Source: Gammaproteobacteria bacterium
GTDB taxonomy: Bacteria > Pseudomonadota > Gammaproteobacteria > Arenicellales > Poriferihabitantaceae
NCBI GenBank assembly: GCA_009842505.1
Contig: VYFG01000040.1
Coordinates: 19,380 to 83,379 of the forward strand
Length of the DNA: 64,000 bases
Direction of reading: 5' to 3'
The notes under the pieces are model-generated. The model saw only the letters and a list, made by a program, of their open reading frames with translations. It was not told the origin of the DNA and made no database searches. The position numbers were made by a program, and so were the translations under genes. This document shows positions 59,057-64,000 of this stretch, piece by piece. Positions within the stretch are counted from its first letter, which is position 1, and each line of letters begins with the position of its first letter.

Positions 59057-60369
59057 AAGCCGCCCCGGAGAACACCCCGTCCGCCTCCCCGGAGTTGTTC
59101 GCAATTGCGGAAGATTCCCTGCCTGGTGCGGGGCTCGGAAGCTATTCGCTGGCTGACGACATCCGCCTGGTGTTCGCCCATGGGAAGGGATCACGCCTGT
59201 GGGACGTGGACGGGCGGAAGTACATCGACTATGTCGGGGGTGCCGGTGCGCTGATCCTGGGACATTCCCATCCGGCGGTGGTCCGGGCGATGTGCGCCCA
59301 GGTCGAGCGGGGCGCCCACATGTTCGGCTCGTTGAACGACGTCGCCGTTCGCCTGGCCGACAGGCTCGTGCGGGACATTCCCTGTGCAGAAAAGATTGCT
59401 TACGCCACCACCGGCTCGGAAGCCACCGCCTACGCCATGCGCTTGGCGCGGGCCCATACCGGCCGGGACAAGATACTCAAGTTCGAGGGTGCCTACCACG
59501 GCAACCACGACTATGCCATCGTGTCGACGTTTCCGCGGGAGACGGGTCACTATCCCGAAGGCGTGGCGGATTCCCACGGTCAGCCCAGGGCAACGGTGGA
59601 AACCATGCTGGTCAGTCCCTACAACGACCTCGAAACCCTGGCCAGGATCGTGTCGGAGCAGGGCCGGGATATTGCCGCGATCATCGCCGAGGGTGTGCAG
59701 CGGATCATCCCGGCAAGTCCGGAATTCCTCCGGGGCGTCCGCCGCATCTGCGATGAGCACGACATCCTGTTCATACTCGACGAGGTGGTGACAGGATTCC
59801 GGCTCGGCTATGGCGGCGCCCAGGAATGGTACGATGTGAAACCGGATCTCGCCACCTACGGCAAGGTGGTGGGCGGCGGCGGCCCCCTGTCCTGCATCTC
59901 CGGCCCCGCCGAGATCATCGATCTGGCCGACCCCCGCCGCAAGGGCAGGCAGGGCTTCACCTATTTCAACGGCACGCTCCACGGCAATCCCGTGGCCGCC
60001 GCCGCCACCCTAGCCATGCTGGACGAACTGTCGCAACCGGATACCTACCGCCGGTTGAACGAATATGCCGCCGAACTGTGCCGGGAAAGCCAGAAGGTCC
60101 TAGACCGCTACGGGATCGGGGCCATTGCCTGCAACACCGGCTCCCTGTGGCAGATCCTTTTCACCGACCGGGTGCCCCGGAACCAGTCGGACATGCTCGC
60201 CGGCGACCAGGCCGCCATGCGCCGGCTGGATTCCGAACTCATGAAACAGGGCCAGTACGTGCTTCCGGGCGTGCGCCGGTTCGTGTCCTGCGTGCATGAC
60301 GGGGAGGACCTTGAGGATTCCCTAAGGGGTCTGGATGCGGCCTGCCGGGCGTTCAGCAAGACCGGTTGA
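59053..60369 (+). CDS. class III PLP aminotransferase (glutamate-1-semialdehyde aminomutase-like)
   Basis: I place the start at ATG 59053, overlapping the oxygenase stop (ATGA). It has ...GSRLWDVDGRKYIDYVGGAGALILGHSHP..., ...TGSEATAYAMRLAR... and ...DEVVTGFRLGYGGAQ.... Confidence 0.85.
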   Translation: MKAAPENTPSASPELFAIAEDSLPGAGLGSYSLADDIRLVFAHGKGSRLWDVDGRKYIDYVGGAGALILGHSHPAVVRAMCAQVERGAHMFGSLNDVAVRLADRLVRDIPCAEKIAYATTGSEATAYAMRLARAHTGRDKILKFEGAYHGNHDYAIVSTFPRETGHYPEGVADSHGQPRATVETMLVSPYNDLETLARIVSEQGRDIAAIIAEGVQRIIPASPEFLRGVRRICDEHDILFILDEVVTGFRLGYGGAQEWYDVKPDLATYGKVVGGGGPLSCISGPAEIIDLADPRRKGRQGFTYFNGTLHGNPVAAAATLAMLDELSQPDTYRRLNEYAAELCRESQKVLDRYGIGAIACNTGSLWQILFTDRVPRNQSDMLAGDQAAMRRLDSELMKQGQYVLPGVRRFVSCVHDGEDLEDSLRGLDAACRAFSKTG

Positions 60370-60404
60370 ACCGTTCGGCAATCCTGCCGTTCCGGTCCGC
60401 TCCT

Positions 60405-60422
60405 GATCCCGGTGTCGGGATC
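60405..60422 (+). terminator. hairpin GATCCCG-gtgt-CGGGATC after the aminotransferase gene (no U-tract)
   Basis: Read directly. A second 7-bp pairing, CCGCGGG...CCCGCGG, follows. The lack of a T-run makes terminator function uncertain. Confidence 0.3.
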
Positions 60423-60539
60423 GTTGGCTCCGCGGGTGGAGGCCAGCGCCGTCCCGCGGGGGAACCCGGATACTTGACGGGGCCCCGCCGGAGGCATTGA
60501 AATCCCGTTCCGTTTTCCACTTGCCCATCCCGAATATCC

Positions 60540-61184
60540 ATGCTGACACTCTACGGACGGTTTCCCACGCGCTCCAACCGCGCGCACTGGGCGCTGGAGG
60601 AACTCGAGGTGCCCTACACCTTCTATCAGGTTGATTTTGCCGCGGGCGACACCGACTCTCCGGCTTTTCGCAGTCTCAATCCCGGCGGGAAGATTCCCGT
60701 GCTCACGGACGGTGACCTGGTGCTCACGGAATCCGGGGCGATCTGCAACTATCTCGGAGACCGGCATCCGGCGTCGGGCCTGACACCGAGCCCCGGTTCG
60801 CCGGACAGGGCGAGGTACGACCAGTGGATGTTCTTTGCGCAAAGTGAACTGGAGCAGCCGCTCTGGACCAAGGCCAAGCACAAGTTCGTCCTGCCCAGGG
60901 AGTGGCGGGTCAAGGGTCTCGAAGACACCGCTGCCTGGGAGTTCCAGCGCGCGGCCGAGGTTCTGGCGAAGGGGCTTGGCGACAACGAGTTCATTGTCGG
61001 TGACCGGTTCACCATGGCGGATATCATGCTCACCCATACGCTGGGCTGGGCGAAGGCGGCGAACATGGAGATCCGGCAGCAGAACCTGCTGGACTACGCC
61101 AACCGCAACTTCGGACGCCCTGCGGTGAACCGGATGGCGAAATGCCGGGGCCAACCGCTTCCGGGGGGCCGGGAAATCCACTGA
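60540..61184 (+). CDS. glutathione S-transferase family protein
   Basis: 214-aa ORF with a thioredoxin-like N-domain (...SLNPGGKIPVLTDGDLVLTESGAICNYL...) and a helical C-domain. Confidence 0.8.
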   Translation: MLTLYGRFPTRSNRAHWALEELEVPYTFYQVDFAAGDTDSPAFRSLNPGGKIPVLTDGDLVLTESGAICNYLGDRHPASGLTPSPGSPDRARYDQWMFFAQSELEQPLWTKAKHKFVLPREWRVKGLEDTAAWEFQRAAEVLAKGLGDNEFIVGDRFTMADIMLTHTLGWAKAANMEIRQQNLLDYANRNFGRPAVNRMAKCRGQPLPGGREIH

Positions 61185-61311
61185 GATAGCGGTCCGGCCA
61201 CCTGTTGCACGGAAATCCTTCGCGCACAACCCCCGGCCAGGTCTTACATGCGGCTTGCGGATTCCGGGGCGCCGCTGTCAAATGTGACCGGGCGGGAGTT
61301 TCCGGCGTTGC

Positions 61312-62832
61312 TCAGTTGTCCGGCCCTGCATGGGTTTCCCGGAGTTCGCGCTTCAGGATCTTCCCCGCCACGTTGCGGGGAAACTCGTCCAGGATCAATG
61401 CATCCACGATTTTCTGGAACCTGGCATCAACCCGTTGGTTGACCCATTCCACCAGTTCTCCGGGGGATACGGTCCCTGTGACCGTGACGGCCGCGACCGG
61501 CACCTCGCCCCATTTGCTGTCCTCCACCTCGAATACCGCCACTTCATTGACCGCGGGATGCCGGATGACGATTTCTTCGATGTCCTTGGGGTAGACGTTG
61601 ACGCCGCCGCTGATGATCATGTCCTTGGCGCGGTCGACCAGGTACAGATAGCCGTCCTCGTCGAGGTAGCCGAGATCGCCGGAGCGGAGCCAGCGGCCGT
61701 GGAATGCCTTTTCCGTGAGATCGGGGCGGTTGTGGTAGCCGGGCATCACCATGGGTCCGGTGCCGCAGATTTCCCCGATCCCGCCCGTCGGCAGCGGATT
61801 GCCCGATTCGTCCAGGATGGCGATGTCGTTGAAAAACGCGGGTCTGCCCACCGACCCGGCCTTGCGTACGGACTCGTTGCGGTCGAGTATGGTCATGAAA
61901 CCCTCGGTGACGCCGTACAGTTCGTAGAACCGGTCCGGGAGCTGTTCGTTGATGATCTGCTTGTAGCGCAGGTGCAGCGGCGCACCCACGTTGTGGATCA
62001 TCTCGAGGGAGGCCAGCCTGTCGGGATGGTACTCGGGGCTGCCCAGGATCGAAATGATCTGGGCGGGGACCATCACGACGTGGGTGACGCGGTAGCGTTC
62101 GATGTCGCGGATCACCGCGTCGGCATCGAAACGCCGGTGCATGATGTAGCGGCAGCCGAGTAGCATCCAGGGCATGAGATCGAGCATGGCCCCGTTGAAG
62201 ACGATGGCCCCGGCATGCAGGCAGACGCTTTCCGGGGACATCCGCCAGGCATTCGCGAACAGGGTGCAGTACATGCTGCGGATGCGGTGGGTGTGGATGA
62301 TGCCTTTGGGCAGTCCGGTCGTGCCGCTGGAATACATGATGTTGTACACATCATCCGGCTCCACCGGGACGCCGGGGTCCTGGATGGAGGCCGAGGCCAC
62401 GAGGTCCGTATAGGAGCAAAAGCCAGCGGACTGCTTCCCGGTAATGATCAATCCGTCCGGTATCAGGTCCGGCAGGTCCCCGCGGATCGCTTCCAGGTTG
62501 GCCGCCTGGTCCGCGGAAACCAGCACCACCCTGGCCCCGGCATCCCCGAGGAGGGTACGGAGTCCGCCGGGCTGCAGCAGAACGCTACACGGCACGATCA
62601 CCAGCCCGCTGACCGCCGCCGCCCAGTAGGCCGCCATCAGTTCAAGGCTGTTCGGTAGAACGGTGGCGAAACGGTCTCCCTTCTCAAGGCCAAGGCCCAG
62701 CAGGGCATTGGCCAGCCGGTTGACCTCTTCGTTCAGCGACGCGAAATTCCAGGTCCGGCCCTCGAAATCCAGCGCCGGGGCGTCGCCACGAAATCTGGCG
62801 TGATGCGGCAGGAGACGGGAAATGGTTGGCAT
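61312..62832 (-). CDS. AMP-dependent acyl-CoA synthetase/ligase
   Basis: 506-aa ORF with the AMP-binding motif IMYSSGTTGLPKG, then ...GYHNRPDLT...W.RSGDLGYLDEDGYLYLVDRAKDMI..GG.NVYP..IE... Confidence 0.85.
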   Translation of the reverse strand: MPTISRLLPHHARFRGDAPALDFEGRTWNFASLNEEVNRLANALLGLGLEKGDRFATVLPNSLELMAAYWAAAVSGLVIVPCSVLLQPGGLRTLLGDAGARVVLVSADQAANLEAIRGDLPDLIPDGLIITGKQSAGFCSYTDLVASASIQDPGVPVEPDDVYNIMYSSGTTGLPKGIIHTHRIRSMYCTLFANAWRMSPESVCLHAGAIVFNGAMLDLMPWMLLGCRYIMHRRFDADAVIRDIERYRVTHVVMVPAQIISILGSPEYHPDRLASLEMIHNVGAPLHLRYKQIINEQLPDRFYELYGVTEGFMTILDRNESVRKAGSVGRPAFFNDIAILDESGNPLPTGGIGEICGTGPMVMPGYHNRPDLTEKAFHGRWLRSGDLGYLDEDGYLYLVDRAKDMIISGGVNVYPKDIEEIVIRHPAVNEVAVFEVEDSKWGEVPVAAVTVTGTVSPGELVEWVNQRVDARFQKIVDALILDEFPRNVAGKILKRELRETHAGPDN

Positions 62833-62943
62833 GGGAATCGGCGGGTCAATGGCACACTGTACCCAAACTGTACCGGGTCTGCCAGTCCCGGAATTCTATG
62901 CAACCTGTTCTTGCAACCGGCATGGCATCGGGATGTCTGGTTT

Positions 62944-63921
62944 TCAGTGGCTCCGGATTCTCGGGTCCAGGGCGTCCCGCAAGCCGTCACCGATGTAGTT
63001 TACCGACAGCACGGTCAGCGAGATGGCAAGCCCGGGCCAGACCACGCGTTCGGGGTAGAGTTCCATCCGGTCGACCGCATCGAACAGGAGTTTTCCCCAC
63101 GTCGGGAAATCCGGTGGAAAGCCGAAGCCGAGGAAGGAAAGGGCCGACTCCGTGATGATCGCCGTGGCGATGCCGAGCGTGGCGGACACCATGATCGGCG
63201 AAAGCACGTTCGGCAGGACATGCCGCAGGATCATCTTCGGGGGTGAAGTGCCGATGGACCGTGCTGCCAGCACGAATTCACGCTCCTTGAGCGCCAGGAC
63301 ATCCCCGCGGACGATGCGGGCGGTCTGCATCCAGGAGGTAATCCCCACGAGTGTCACGATCAGGACGAATATGCCGCCCTCGGGTCCGAAGGCGGCGGAC
63401 AGCGGCGCACGGAAAAGGAGGACGGCAACCAGCAACAGTGGCAGCAGGGGCAGTGCGAGAAAGAGATCGGTCAGGCGCATCAGCGGCCCGTCCAGCCGCT
63501 GGAAATATCCCGCCAGCACCCCGACGACGGTGCCGATGACCAGGCTGAGGAGCATGGCCGTGAGCCCCACGGCAATGGACACCTGTCCGCCCGAAAGGAG
63601 GCGCGCCAGGATATCGCGTCCCAGGTTATCGGTACCGAGCGGGTGCGCCCAGCTCACCTTTGCACCCGTATCCCAGAGCGTGACGTAGACAGGGCGCATA
63701 TCCCTCAGCTTGATGAAATCGCGGCCCGTGGGCACGAATTGGGGGTCGTTCCAGTAGACCAGTGGGCCGGCGAGGACCCCAAGCATGATCAGCGCGAAGA
63801 CCATCATGCCCACCAGCGCCCCGCGGTGTATCCGGAACTGGCGCCAGACATCCCACCATTGAGAGCGGCCGACTTCTGCGACTCCCTTGCCGCCGGCGTC
63901 CTGTTCCCGAATTTCAGTCAT
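62944..63921 (-). CDS. ABC transporter permease (DppC/OppC type)
   Basis: I place the start at ATG 63921 (MTEIREQD...), overlapping the upstream permease stop (ATGA-type). It is multi-TM and ends ...YIGDGLRDALDPRIRSH. Confidence 0.8.
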   Translation of the reverse strand: MTEIREQDAGGKGVAEVGRSQWWDVWRQFRIHRGALVGMMVFALIMLGVLAGPLVYWNDPQFVPTGRDFIKLRDMRPVYVTLWDTGAKVSWAHPLGTDNLGRDILARLLSGGQVSIAVGLTAMLLSLVIGTVVGVLAGYFQRLDGPLMRLTDLFLALPLLPLLLVAVLLFRAPLSAAFGPEGGIFVLIVTLVGITSWMQTARIVRGDVLALKEREFVLAARSIGTSPPKMILRHVLPNVLSPIMVSATLGIATAIITESALSFLGFGFPPDFPTWGKLLFDAVDRMELYPERVVWPGLAISLTVLSVNYIGDGLRDALDPRIRSH

Positions 63922-64000
63922 AACGGATCCGCGGATCAAGGATGCCGTAGATGATGTCGGCAACCAGGTTGAACAGCACGATCAGCACGGCGAAGATGAA
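63914..64000 (-). CDS. ABC transporter permease (DppB/OppB type), C-terminal fragment cut by the window edge
   Basis: The minus-strand translation is FIFAVLIVLFNLVADIIYGILDPRIRYD*, the conserved permease tail. Confidence 0.6.
   Translation of the reverse strand, partial: FIFAVLIVLFNLVADIIYGILDPRIRYD

Noticed and set aside
57026-59194. 722-aa minus-strand ORF spanning the rpiR and Rieske oxygenase genes
   Set aside because: It is a shadow ORF. It crosses an intergenic region and two well-supported plus-strand genes, and its composition is low-complexity and Arg/Pro/Gly-rich.

Overview
This is a 64-kb segment of a high-G+C proteobacterial chromosome. Individual 60-nt lines I spot-counted are about 63-68% G+C from 14 kb onward and about 47-60% in the left 12 kb. 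I call 55 protein-coding genes (one partial, two small and tentative), three decayed gene remnants, and a handful of regulatory repeats. I found no rRNA, tRNA, CRISPR array or intact transposase/integrase.

Left arm (1-12.6 kb), accessory in character:
- a D-aminoacylase divergent from a five-gene peptide-type ABC importer, which is interrupted by a 0.95-kb decayed spacer
- an epoxide hydrolase and a MocR-type regulator
- a ParDE-like toxin-antitoxin pair with a near-consensus promoter
- a frameshifted, truncated GMC-oxidoreductase pseudogene

Centre:
- a LeuB-like dehydrogenase and katG
- an apparent higBA-like remnant
- an NCS2 permease with an extra C-terminal cytoplasmic domain
- a DMT transporter and a fructosamine kinase
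- yajC-secD-secF
- nrdR-ribD-ribE-ribBA-ribH-nusB-pgpA (no thiL)
- acuI/yhdH and rmuC
- a TVP38 plus flavoprotein-disulfide-reductase pair
- icd

A roughly 14.7-kb co-directional block follows:
- methylmalonyl-CoA mutase, pccB, pccA, meaB and the epimerase
- cmoA, cmoB, selU and an FAD-oxidoreductase::SelD fusion
- a methyltransferase, a LON-domain protein and a class II amidotransferase

Right arm:
- CMD and a DMGDH-like dehydrogenase, then cyanase
- a small ORF plus glmS, divergent from an rpiR / Rieske oxygenase / class III aminotransferase unit
- a GST, an acyl-CoA ligase and the start of a second peptide ABC operon

Most worth a second look:
- the translationally coupled wobble-uridine tRNA-modification string ending in the oxidoreductase::SelD fusion, which has a 20% G+C palindromic junction inside the ORF
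- the RpiR-centred divergent cluster, which has a shared 14-bp operator-like motif and a 10-bp perfect palindrome
- the decayed-gene and TA landscape of the left arm

All functional calls come from motif and family recognition by eye. No database search was run.
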